DNA of 43,352 nt, taken from assembly GCA_019120115.1 (NCBI GenBank), contig DWVS01000020.1:1-43352 (forward strand), read 5' to 3'. This stretch comes from Candidatus Eisenbergiella intestinigallinarum (GTDB lineage: Bacteria > Bacillota > Clostridia > Lachnospirales > Lachnospiraceae). How positions within the stretch are numbered: the first letter of the stretch is position 1; each line of letters opens with the position of its first letter. Under the pieces are notes generated by a model. It was given only the letters and a program-made list of their open reading frames with translations, made no database searches and was not told where the DNA came from. Below, piece after piece: positions 18,052 through 26,167 of this stretch. Both the position numbers and the translations under genes were made by a program.

Positions 18052-18363
18052 AAGAAACCCTGACGTTTCCAGGGTACAGTTTTTAATAATTAATAAACAG
18101 GAATTTCCAGCAGGGGGCAGCCGCTGAGGAAGCAGGCGGCTGCCTCTTGTCATATCTATTTCAGACAACTTTACTTCCATTTGTATCTGATAATCCATTT
18201 TTCCTTCAATATTTTCCATGTTTTTACCTCATAGTTTCTTGACATCCGGTGCTATAATAAAATCGTAACAAGGAAATGATACTTAACAAGACCTGCTTAT
18301 TGACCCAAACGAGCCGACAAGCACAAGCCTGCTAAGCATTCAGTTTTATGGAGGAAAAGTCAA

Positions 18364-18966
18364 ATGAATACTTTAAAAGCTGAAAAAAGAAGCATGGACG
18401 TCAAGGCGAAAAGACTGAGAAGGGAAGGTTTTGTAACCGGTAACGTATTCGGTAAAAAGATCGAAGGTTCCATTCCGGTAAAGATTGAAAGAACTGCACT
18501 GGACCGTCTTCTTAAGACCAGCGGCAAGGGCAGCAGAATCCAGCTTGATGTGGACGGCGAAAACATGGACGTTCTGATCAAGGAAATAGATATCAATCAT
18601 CTGAAAAATGAAGTGATGGAAATTGACTTCCAGGCACTGGTAAGCGGTGAGATGATCCATTCCGTAGCGGAAATCATTCTGCTTGGGCATGATAAAGTAG
18701 CAGAAGGCATCGTAGAGCAGCATCTGAACGAGATCTCCTACAGAGCGCTTCCTTCTGCACTGGTAGAAAAGGTGGAAGTGGATGTGGCAGAGATGAAGGT
18801 CGGCGATTCCATTAAGGTGAAGGATCTTCCGATCGCTTCCGACAAGGATGTTCATCTGATGACCGATCCGGAGGCCGTAGTTGTTTCCGTTGGCCTGGCG
18901 CATAACGCTCCGATCGACGAGCCTGAAGAGGACGGCGCGGAGGATGCAGAAGCGGCTAAAGCCTGA
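18364..18966 (+). CDS. rplY: 50S ribosomal protein L25 / general stress protein Ctc (long form)
   Basis: LKAEKR...AKRLRREG.V.G.VFG, VLIKEI, IDFQAL, LP....VDV..M.VGDSI.V.DL, acidic tail. RBS GGAGG. Confidence 0.88.
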   Translation: MNTLKAEKRSMDVKAKRLRREGFVTGNVFGKKIEGSIPVKIERTALDRLLKTSGKGSRIQLDVDGENMDVLIKEIDINHLKNEVMEIDFQALVSGEMIHSVAEIILLGHDKVAEGIVEQHLNEISYRALPSALVEKVEVDVAEMKVGDSIKVKDLPIASDKDVHLMTDPEAVVVSVGLAHNAPIDEPEEDGAEDAEAAKA

Positions 18967-18980
18967 CGGAATTATGAAGA

Positions 18981-19029
18981 GAGGTGTGAAAAGGGAGGTG
19001 GCAACCGCCTGTTTTCACACCTCCTTTTT
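18981..19029 (+). terminator. Intrinsic terminator after rplY
   Basis: GAGGTGTGAAAA...TTTTCACACCTC-CTTTTT. Confidence 0.7.
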
Positions 19030-19045
19030 ATTATGATTATGACAA

Positions 19046-19079
19046 CGCAGCCGGGACTCGTTCAAAAGTCCCGGCTGCG
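19046..19079 (-). terminator. Hairpin ending the C-T-A operon
   Basis: 13-bp perfect inverted repeat CGCAGCCGGGACT/AGTCCCGGCTGCG just past the adenylation gene stop. Confidence 0.65.
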
Positions 19080-19093
19080 CATTTACACATTCA

Positions 19094-20683
19094 TCAATAT
19101 CTCTTAATCTTCTTCGACGGCGTTTTCTCAAACTCTGTCTCTCTCACTTTCAGACCGTAAATCTTCTTATAAGCTGCAGCTTCCTTATTATAGTTGTCGA
19201 TCTCCTTCTGAAGCGCGGCACGGATATCGGTGATTCCCTGCTTTTTCACATATTCATAGTCCGGGAAAATCTCCGCCTCGATCACGCCCTCGTTTTCCCG
19301 CACCAGAATTTCCTGAATCAGGCGGCTTCTTCCCAACCGGTTCTCCAGTTCCTCGGGGGATACGTTCTCTCCGTTTTTGGTGATGATCAGATTTTTCCTG
19401 CGGCCGGTCAGATAGACGAAGCCTTCCTCGTCCACATAGCCCAGATCTCCGGTTTTCAGCCAGCCGTCCACGAGGGTTTCCGCCGTTTCCTGCGGCATCT
19501 TATAATAGCCCTGCATCACGCTGCTTCCGCGCACCTGGAGTTCGCCGTCCACCACCCTCGCCTCACAGTTCGGCAGGAGCTGCCCTACCGATTCCTTCCG
19601 GATGTTCCAGCTTACAGTAGTGCTGATAACCGGAGCGCATTCCGTCATGCCGTAGCCCTGCAGGATGGTGATTCCGTAGCGGGCGAACAGATCAATATAG
19701 GCCGGATCCAGATAGGCGCCGCCGCTGCAGATGGTGTGGAACTGTTCTCCGAACACCTCTCTTTTTACGATTTCCGGTGGAAGACCTGCGGCATCCTCCA
19801 GCTTCTTCGCCATGGTTTCAATCATCAGCGGAACCATCAGAATCATATTCGGTGCAAAGAGCTTAATGTTTCTTGCCACGCGCAAAAGGGAATCGTTGAT
19901 GCAGATCACGCTTCCCAGAGAAAGCCCTTTCAGGATATCCATGCTCAGGCAGTAGGCATGGTGAATGGGCAGGACGGAAAGAATGACTGTCCGGGAAGGA
20001 ATTTTCATATCCAGGCAGGTGGCATTTTCTGCCAGATTCCTGTGAGTCAGCATGACGCCCTTGCTCTTTCCCGTGGTTCCGGAGGTAAACATGATGGTGC
20101 ACAACTCTTCCGGAGACGGCTCATAATCAAAGGAGCCTTCGTATTTTTTCAGAAGGCCGCTGAAGGAAAGAGCCGTTTCGTCATCCTCCGGTTTCTGCAT
20201 GGAAATCAGATATTTCAGCTTCGGACAGCGCTGTCTTGCAATAGCCTCCACATCTTTTCTCACCTCGTCCAGGATCAGCGCCTCTGCGTCGGAGCGGTCA
20301 ACCAGTTCGCACAGCTCCTCTGCCGGAAGGGACACGTCCAGAGGTACCGCAACATCCCCGGCGTTCACCGTTCCCAGGTAGGCCGCCAGCCAGGGGTATG
20401 AGGTCATTCCCGTAACCGCCACATGCGCTCCCTGCGGCAGCATCGCACGGATAGCACAGGAAAAGCTTTCGCTGTCATGGCGAAGCTGCGTATAACTGCG
20501 GACAGCAATGCTGCCTTTTCCCTGTTTGAAGCGGACTGCATCCAGGGGACCGTATTTTCTTTCACTTTCCACAAGGATTTCCCGTATGGTGCTGCACAGA
20601 TGCGTTTCAGGAACAGCAGCCGTCTCTGCCCGTCCGGAAACGCTGTCCTTTTCTCCAGAAATCTCCATTCTATTTTCCATCAT
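19094..20683 (-). CDS. Fatty-acyl adenylating enzyme (AMP-binding, long-chain acyl-CoA/ACP ligase-like)
   Basis: FTSGTTGKSKGV, LPIHH, GYGMTE, GWLKTGDLG, TGRRKNLII..NGENVSPEELE, C-terminal TPSKKIKR. Confidence 0.92.
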   Translation of the reverse strand: MMENRMEISGEKDSVSGRAETAAVPETHLCSTIREILVESERKYGPLDAVRFKQGKGSIAVRSYTQLRHDSESFSCAIRAMLPQGAHVAVTGMTSYPWLAAYLGTVNAGDVAVPLDVSLPAEELCELVDRSDAEALILDEVRKDVEAIARQRCPKLKYLISMQKPEDDETALSFSGLLKKYEGSFDYEPSPEELCTIMFTSGTTGKSKGVMLTHRNLAENATCLDMKIPSRTVILSVLPIHHAYCLSMDILKGLSLGSVICINDSLLRVARNIKLFAPNMILMVPLMIETMAKKLEDAAGLPPEIVKREVFGEQFHTICSGGAYLDPAYIDLFARYGITILQGYGMTECAPVISTTVSWNIRKESVGQLLPNCEARVVDGELQVRGSSVMQGYYKMPQETAETLVDGWLKTGDLGYVDEEGFVYLTGRRKNLIITKNGENVSPEELENRLGRSRLIQEILVRENEGVIEAEIFPDYEYVKKQGITDIRAALQKEIDNYNKEAAAYKKIYGLKVRETEFEKTPSKKIKRY

Positions 20684-20727
20684 AACCTGACCCTCTCTTT
20701 TCCATGGTTTCAACCCTTTTTCCGGCT

Positions 20728-20967
20728 TCAAAGCTCCTGTTTTGCTTTCAGTCCTGCCAGATAGTCCACAGCCTCCTGCACGGTACGAATGTCGGAAGCT
20801 TCCTGCGGATCAATCTCCACGCCGAACTCTTCCTCTGCTTCTCCCAGCATACTCATGAAATCAAAGGAGGAAAATCCCAGATCCTCCACGAAACGGGATT
20901 CCGGATGCACCTCTTCCGGCTCCACCTCCACATAATTACAGATCAGTTCTACCAGCTTTTCAAACAT
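20728..20967 (-). CDS. Stand-alone carrier (thiolation/ACP) protein
   Basis: 79-aa acidic protein with DLGFSS phosphopantetheine site and EEEFGVEI...IRTVQEAVDYL. Confidence 0.9.
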   Translation of the reverse strand: MFEKLVELICNYVEVEPEEVHPESRFVEDLGFSSFDFMSMLGEAEEEFGVEIDPQEASDIRTVQEAVDYLAGLKAKQEL

Positions 20968-21021
20968 ACCATTTCTCCATTCCGGCAGCGGCGCTGCCAT
21001 AGCCATCGCCGCGCCTGTTCC

Positions 21022-22428
21022 TTAAATCAACTTGATGATGTCTCCAATGGGCAGATCCGGATTTTCCGCGCCCTTGAACATGATTTTGCACAGATAGTAA
21101 TACAGATACTCCAGCTGTTCTCTGGACACGGCCTTCACCTGATGCTCGAAGTTGAAGTCCAGTCCGTTATCGTCCGGACGGTGCATCACGGTCAGATACA
21201 TGGCCTGGGTGGTCGCCCCGTTGGGATACCACTTCGTCTTATAGCGGATGCCTCCCAGCTTGTCCAGCCCCTTCTCCTGCAGGGTCAGCGGCTGATAGGT
21301 GAGGGACATGGGCTCGTAGGTCTCTCCCGGAGCCGCCGGAGGATAAACCTTGTTTCTGTGGGCAAAATAGGCCACCGGGTCGTAGTTGGCATGCATGAAA
21401 TACTCGTTCTGCAGGTCACGGATCTCATAGATGCCCTCCAGGAAGGTCTTGTCCGGAGAAATGATGGTACGGAAGGGGAAAGAATGGATTCTTGTTCCGC
21501 CCGACTTTTTCTCCTTCAGGGTGGCACGGCGCGCGATGGCGGTATTGATGGACACGTCGTCGTTTCCGTTCATTTTCTGAAAATAGGTACGAAGTCCCAT
21601 CAGAAGCAGGCAGACCAGAGAGACATGATATTTCTCACAGAAGTCCATCAGACGCTTTGTGGGCTCGGCCTCCAGGTGAAAAATATCCAACGCAGAATCC
21701 ACAGAATCGGAAACGTTGATGGCAGCTCTGAGATCGGGCCTGTTCATCCTGGCCCGTTCCGCTTCCAGCGCCCCCGGTCCGTCGATGCCGTTATAGATGG
21801 GCTCGGAGGTCTCAATGATCTTTTCAAAGTATGCCGCATCCCGCTTCTTCGCCGCAGAATCCGCCTCATATGCCAGATCCCTCTGTACCTGCTCCAGGTA
21901 GGAAGCCATGTCCTTCGGATAGGGCACACCTTCATATTTCGCGTTACAATACAGCTCGATGATATCCTTCAGAAAACAGATCAGAGACTGTGCGTCCATG
22001 GTCATGTGGTCCACCAGAAGATACAGACCGTTGAAGCCGTCCGGCATCCGGATCATGACGATCCGGTTCATGGGAGAATCCTCCCGTTTGAATGGTACAC
22101 GGGTCCAGCTGCGCATCAGGCTTTCCGCCTCCTCCATGGTCTTCCCGGTAAAGTCCATGAACTCGATGTCCCGCTCCTCCTTCTCGACCACATACTGATA
22201 CCAGTTTCCTTCCTTATCCGCCGCGAAGCGCAGACGCATGGAGTCGCAGCGCTCGTAAGCCTTATAGATGGCCCGTTTCAGTTCCTCCCAGTCCAGCTCC
22301 GTCTCTATGGTCAGGCTGGTGCCGATGTTCAGCACTTCCTTTTTCGGGCAGAAATTCTGGTAAAAAAAGTGAAACTTCTGAGCAGCCGTCAGCGGATATA
22401 CGGGATATCCCTTTCTTTTTCGCATCAT
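21022..22428 (-). CDS. Stand-alone NRPS-type condensation domain protein
   Basis: YPLTAAQ (C1), RCDSMRLRF (C2), active-site variant VDHMTMDAQS (HHxxxDG), DLAYE.D.....D..YF. Confidence 0.88.
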   Translation of the reverse strand: MMRKRKGYPVYPLTAAQKFHFFYQNFCPKKEVLNIGTSLTIETELDWEELKRAIYKAYERCDSMRLRFAADKEGNWYQYVVEKEERDIEFMDFTGKTMEEAESLMRSWTRVPFKREDSPMNRIVMIRMPDGFNGLYLLVDHMTMDAQSLICFLKDIIELYCNAKYEGVPYPKDMASYLEQVQRDLAYEADSAAKKRDAAYFEKIIETSEPIYNGIDGPGALEAERARMNRPDLRAAINVSDSVDSALDIFHLEAEPTKRLMDFCEKYHVSLVCLLLMGLRTYFQKMNGNDDVSINTAIARRATLKEKKSGGTRIHSFPFRTIISPDKTFLEGIYEIRDLQNEYFMHANYDPVAYFAHRNKVYPPAAPGETYEPMSLTYQPLTLQEKGLDKLGGIRYKTKWYPNGATTQAMYLTVMHRPDDNGLDFNFEHQVKAVSREQLEYLYYYLCKIMFKGAENPDLPIGDIIKLI

Positions 22429-23378
22429 ACAATGAGACCTCCTAAAAACTCATTCATCGCTTTTTCATAGGCGTCCATATCCTTATAATAGCTTTCCGCA
22501 TGGGCCGCCCCCTCAACAATCAGCTTCGTTTTTGCCGAAGCATAGTTTTCATAAATTTCATCACACATCCGACAGGGTACAAAGGTATCTGCCGATCCGT
22601 GGATCAGAAGCGCCGGAATCTTCGCCTTCTTCACCTCTCTCGCCGCATTGCACTCATCCAGCCCGTAGCCGGCCTTTTTCCGGTTCACATAATCTGCGAT
22701 CTGAATCATGGGAAAAGCGGGCAGATGATACATGGAACGGAGCACATGGCTGAAAACAGCCTTCGGTGAAGTGAAGGCGCAGTCTGAGATCACGCCCTTC
22801 ACCTGAACAGGCAGCGTAAGTCCCGTGGTCATCAGCGCTGTGGCCGCTCCCATGGAAATCCCATGAAGAATGATCTGCGTCTGCCCTCCGCACCTTCCGA
22901 TCACCCAGTTGATCCAGCAGAGCGCATCCTTCCGGTCCAGACAGCCGAAGCCGATATATTCTCCCTGGCTCTTTCCGTGCGCCCGTTCGTCCACGATCAG
23001 CATGGAATAGCCCTTTCTCAGATAGTAATCGGACAGCCCTACATAATCGTTCATTCCACAGCTGGAGTAGCCGTGAAAACAGATGACCGCTTTTGTGATC
23101 TCCGTCTCCTCCTCTGCGGGAAACCAAGTGGCATGAAGCCTCAGGCCGTCAAAGGATTCCAGATAGATCTCCTCGTGATGCTTTGCCAGCAACCGGGCCC
23201 TTCTTTCTTCGATGAGCGGAAAATACTGCCGCCAGTCCGTTCCCGCCATCTTCATGGTGCGCTCCACGCTGACATGATTCCTTTTCATGGTTCTACGGTA
23301 AAAATAGGCGCTGCCGCCCGCCTCCGCCGCCGTCAGCAGTCCCAGAACGGCTGCCGCGCTGAACAGTACTTTTTTCAT
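22425..23378 (-). CDS. Alpha/beta hydrolase (lipase/esterase-like), N-terminally anchored
   Basis: CFHGY, DERAHGKSQG, nucleophile HGISMG, LIHGSADTFVP, GAAHAES. Hydrophobic N-terminus. Overlaps the C-domain start by 4 nt. Confidence 0.9.
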   Translation of the reverse strand: MKKVLFSAAAVLGLLTAAEAGGSAYFYRRTMKRNHVSVERTMKMAGTDWRQYFPLIEERRARLLAKHHEEIYLESFDGLRLHATWFPAEEETEITKAVICFHGYSSCGMNDYVGLSDYYLRKGYSMLIVDERAHGKSQGEYIGFGCLDRKDALCWINWVIGRCGGQTQIILHGISMGAATALMTTGLTLPVQVKGVISDCAFTSPKAVFSHVLRSMYHLPAFPMIQIADYVNRKKAGYGLDECNAAREVKKAKIPALLIHGSADTFVPCRMCDEIYENYASAKTKLIVEGAAHAESYYKDMDAYEKAMNEFLGGLIV

Positions 23379-23402
23379 ATTTTTAAGCCTCTTTTTTCCG
23401 TC

Positions 23403-23738
23403 TTACTTCGCAGAGCGTTTTGCAAGGATATCCTTCAGCTTCAGAGCCTTCTCAATGTTTCCTTCCACCTTCAGCTTCTGAAGGGTAACCGCAAGGATCG
23501 GATCCAGCTTTCCGTCCGCAATTTTCTCAAGCGTTTCCGCTTTGCAGGTGAATATGGCATCCCGGTCATAATATTCGTAAGGTTCCACATAAAGCTGTCC
23601 GTCCTTCACCTCCACGTAGAAGATGCCCTCGCCCTCTCCCACAATGTTAAACTGAAATGCGAGATGCTCTCCAATCCCTGATACATCGACTCCCATGAGC
23701 CTTGCCTTCACCTCTGCAAAAAAGTCCGCGTATGTCAT
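23403..23738 (-). CDS. SCP2 sterol/lipid-binding domain protein
   Basis: FQFNIVGEGEGIFYVEVKDG, DAIFT, GKLDPI.A....KLKVEGNIEKALKL. Confidence 0.9.
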   Translation of the reverse strand: MTYADFFAEVKARLMGVDVSGIGEHLAFQFNIVGEGEGIFYVEVKDGQLYVEPYEYYDRDAIFTCKAETLEKIADGKLDPILAVTLQKLKVEGNIEKALKLKDILAKRSAK

Positions 23739-23777
23739 TTTCTCTTCCTTTCTTCATCCCAGACGATTTTTCATTTT

Positions 23778-23835
23778 TCGACCGTCGGTCGATTCTCTTC
23801 TTTTAAACAATATCATCTTTTCGACCAGCGGTCAA
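23778..23835. promoter_or_regulatory. Two palindromic operators plus the promoter of the SCP2-hydrolase-C-T-A operon
   Basis: TCGACCG-T-CGGTCGA (23778-23792) and TCGACCA-G-CGGTCAA (23821-23835). Minus-strand TTGACC (23835-23830)-17 nt-TATTGT (23812-23807) with TG extension. Confidence 0.78.
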
Positions 23836-23893
23836 TTATAGGAGTTGTTAAAATTCCGGTCTCCCCATTCCCTTTTTCTGTTACTTTTTCCTG

Positions 23894-23923
23894 TTGCCCA
23901 TGAGCGTGTGTCTGTGCTATAGT
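23894..23923 (+). promoter_or_regulatory. Putative tetR promoter
   Basis: TTGCCC-18 nt-TATAGT with TG extension. Confidence 0.55.
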
Positions 23924-23925
23924 TG

Positions 23926-23980
23926 GAATAATTCTTCGAATAATTCCAGAATAATTCTTCGAATAATTCCAGAATAATTC
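23926..23980. repeat. Tandem array of five GAATAATTC palindromic units (23-bp higher-order period)
   Basis: GAATAATTC-ttc-GAATAATTC-ca-GAATAATTC-ttc-GAATAATTC-ca-GAATAATTC. Confidence 0.92.
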
Positions 23981-24016
23981 CTATTCATACAGCAGACGTC
24001 GGAAAAAGGAGTGCAC

Positions 24017-24628
24017 ATGGCTAATCGACATAAATATGACCAAATTCTGGATGCGCTCCAGAATCTTATGGAAAGCAGAAACATTCAGAGCATCTCCGTC
24101 AGTGAGATCGCGCAGACAGCGGGAATGGGAAAAGGGAGCATTTATTACTATTTTCCCTCCAAGGATGCCATCCTTGACGCTCTGATCGAAAGAAATTATG
24201 AGAAGCCGCTGGAAACGGCAAAGACGCTGGCGGGGCAGACGGAAATTTCCCCCTTCACCCGCATGGCGATGATTTTTCAGGCATGCCGGAGCTCCTCCAC
24301 GGAATTTCTACGGCAGGAGGAGCCTGTTTCCCTGACCAGCGCACAGGAGCATGCCTTCATTCATCAGAAATATATGGCGCATCTGATCTCCGAACTGAAG
24401 CCCGTGCTGACGGAAATCATCCGGCAGGGCATCGACAGCGGAGAGATCCATTTTGACCGCCCGGCGGCCCTTGCTGAAATCGTGCTGATCGTCCTCACCG
24501 TGAAGCTGGATAACACGCTGGTTCCTTCCACCAGGGAAGAAATCGAAGAGGTCATGCGCGGCCTGGTCTCCCTTCTGGAAAAGGGAACGGAGAATCCGGC
24601 CGGATCGCTGAATTTTCTGACCGCATGA
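24017..24628 (+). CDS. TetR/AcrR family transcriptional regulator
   Basis: N-terminal HTH ISVSEIAQTAGMGKGSIYYYFPSKDAIL. Divergent from the SCP2 operon. Confidence 0.93.
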   Translation: MANRHKYDQILDALQNLMESRNIQSISVSEIAQTAGMGKGSIYYYFPSKDAILDALIERNYEKPLETAKTLAGQTEISPFTRMAMIFQACRSSSTEFLRQEEPVSLTSAQEHAFIHQKYMAHLISELKPVLTEIIRQGIDSGEIHFDRPAALAEIVLIVLTVKLDNTLVPSTREEIEEVMRGLVSLLEKGTENPAGSLNFLTA

Positions 24629-24633
24629 AAAAC

Positions 24634-24663
24634 GGAGATCCTCGACCGGGATCTCCCTTTTTT
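24634..24663 (+). terminator. Intrinsic terminator after tetR
   Basis: GGAGATCC-tcgaccg-GGATCTCC-CTTTTTT. Confidence 0.7.
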
Positions 24664-26162
24664 CACTTCTCTTCTGTCGGCAGATGCAGATCCACCATAC
24701 GGATGGAAAACAGACTGTCCCGCTGGCAGACAACGATCTCTTCTCCGGCCGCTTCCATGCGGTACAGGCTTTCCGGCACAAGAAGTTCTGCCATCGTTCC
24801 GTCATCCAGGCGTACAGTCAGATAGTATTCCATATCATCCCCGTCCTCTTCCTGCCTTTCATCCCGTTCCACAACTTCCGCCGGATAATGCCGGGCCGAC
24901 GTACAAAGCGCCAGATTTCCTCCATAGGCCAGCACATACCCGCAGAACAGGCACACCAGACACACAAGAAACAGTCCTTCTCCCCGTAACCTTCGGGGCG
25001 TCCGAATGAAAATCAGAGCTGCCAGCAGACCTCCAAGGATCAGCCAGAGGACGATAAAACGTCCCTCGTCCACCGTCTGCAGGATCCATCTGTTCCAAAT
25101 ATAGAAAAACTGTCCTCCCAGAAGGAGTATCAGCAGCAGCACCAGCAGGGAGGGAACCCGCACATGCATGGCCTTCCATTCCTCCGTCGCGCCCTTCGGC
25201 TTTGCGTCCATGGTGAGCACCGGCGCAAACAGAATGCAGCAGCCCAGAAAAGGCAGAAGGGAGGCCACAGACAGAGAAACTGCCGGGCGAAATTTCAGAA
25301 GCCCCGTTACATACAGCAGAAACGGCGCCACGCTTCCCAGGGCAAGCAGCAGTACGGACAATACCAGCAGAATGCGCACAGCCTTCAGATGATCGTGCCA
25401 GCCCGTCCTGTATTCTTCCTTCCACTCCAGGACAGCTCCCTCATCTGCCCGCTGAACCTGCCGTTCCAGAAAGGACGTCAGTTCTCCGGGAATTCCCTGT
25501 TCCTCGATCCAGCCGTCCAGTCCTTCCATTCCCCGCATGTTCCGTTCCACGCGCAGCATTGTTCTGCCGTCAGCGTCCAGAAAGAGAATGGTGTCATTGG
25601 CTCCGAGACGGATCCGCGCGGTCTGCCCGGGCAGAAATTTCTTCCGTCTGCCCCAGCTTGTGACATAGGTGAGCGCTCCGCTTTGAAACAAAAGCAGCAT
25701 CCTGTTTTTCCAGGCCAGCAATGCCCATACGCCGGTAAACAGCAACAGGAAACCGATCAGCGCCATAAACAGCGCGAAGGGGAGGTCCAGAGGCGGATGC
25801 ATGCAGAGCGTCAGCGATACGAAGAAAAAGGCGGTTCCCGGAAGTCCGCAGAAGATCCCAAGAACCGGCACAAACGTCCGCTCCCTGAGAACGGCCTGCG
25901 GACCAAAGGCCTGCGAAGGCCCTCCTGTACCGCTGTCATCCGGCGATACGCCGAAATCCCCTTCCATCCCCGGACGGCAGCAAAGCAGCAGAATTCCCAG
26001 AACAGGAACCGGAAGCTGCAAAAGCAGCCCAAGTGCCACGCCGCCCGGCGGCGCTTCGTCCGCGCAGGCCCATATCACCGCCAGGGCCAACAGCGCATAC
26101 AACAAAAGGAATACGCCCGAAGCTGCTGCGGGCCAGGTACGCCCGCTTTTTCTGTTCTCCAT
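24663..26162 (-). CDS. Uncharacterised polytopic membrane protein
   Basis: 499 aa with roughly 10 hydrophobic segments, a soluble central segment and a beta-rich C-terminus. GGAGG-like RBS directly after the ABC gene. Confidence 0.8.
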   Translation of the reverse strand: MENRKSGRTWPAAASGVFLLLYALLALAVIWACADEAPPGGVALGLLLQLPVPVLGILLLCCRPGMEGDFGVSPDDSGTGGPSQAFGPQAVLRERTFVPVLGIFCGLPGTAFFFVSLTLCMHPPLDLPFALFMALIGFLLLFTGVWALLAWKNRMLLLFQSGALTYVTSWGRRKKFLPGQTARIRLGANDTILFLDADGRTMLRVERNMRGMEGLDGWIEEQGIPGELTSFLERQVQRADEGAVLEWKEEYRTGWHDHLKAVRILLVLSVLLLALGSVAPFLLYVTGLLKFRPAVSLSVASLLPFLGCCILFAPVLTMDAKPKGATEEWKAMHVRVPSLLVLLLILLLGGQFFYIWNRWILQTVDEGRFIVLWLILGGLLAALIFIRTPRRLRGEGLFLVCLVCLFCGYVLAYGGNLALCTSARHYPAEVVERDERQEEDGDDMEYYLTVRLDDGTMAELLVPESLYRMEAAGEEIVVCQRDSLFSIRMVDLHLPTEEK

Positions 26163-26167
26163 TTCCC

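Noticed and set aside
18239-18258. TTGACA and TATAAT consensus boxes upstream of rplY
   Set aside because: They are only 8 nt apart, so they cannot form one sigma-A promoter. Only the extended -10 is credible.
20704-22470. 588-aa plus-strand ORF over the C and T genes
   Set aside because: Antisense shadow, while the minus-strand genes carry clear family motifs.
23926-23980. Possible mini-CRISPR array
   Set aside because: 9-bp units with 2-3-nt repeated spacers and no cas genes. It is a tandem repeat.
11312-24628. Functional link between the TrmD-fused GNAT (N-acyltransferase-like) and the fatty-acid-amide cluster
   Set aside because: They are in separate transcription units about 6 kb apart with no shared operator. 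Proximity alone is not evidence.
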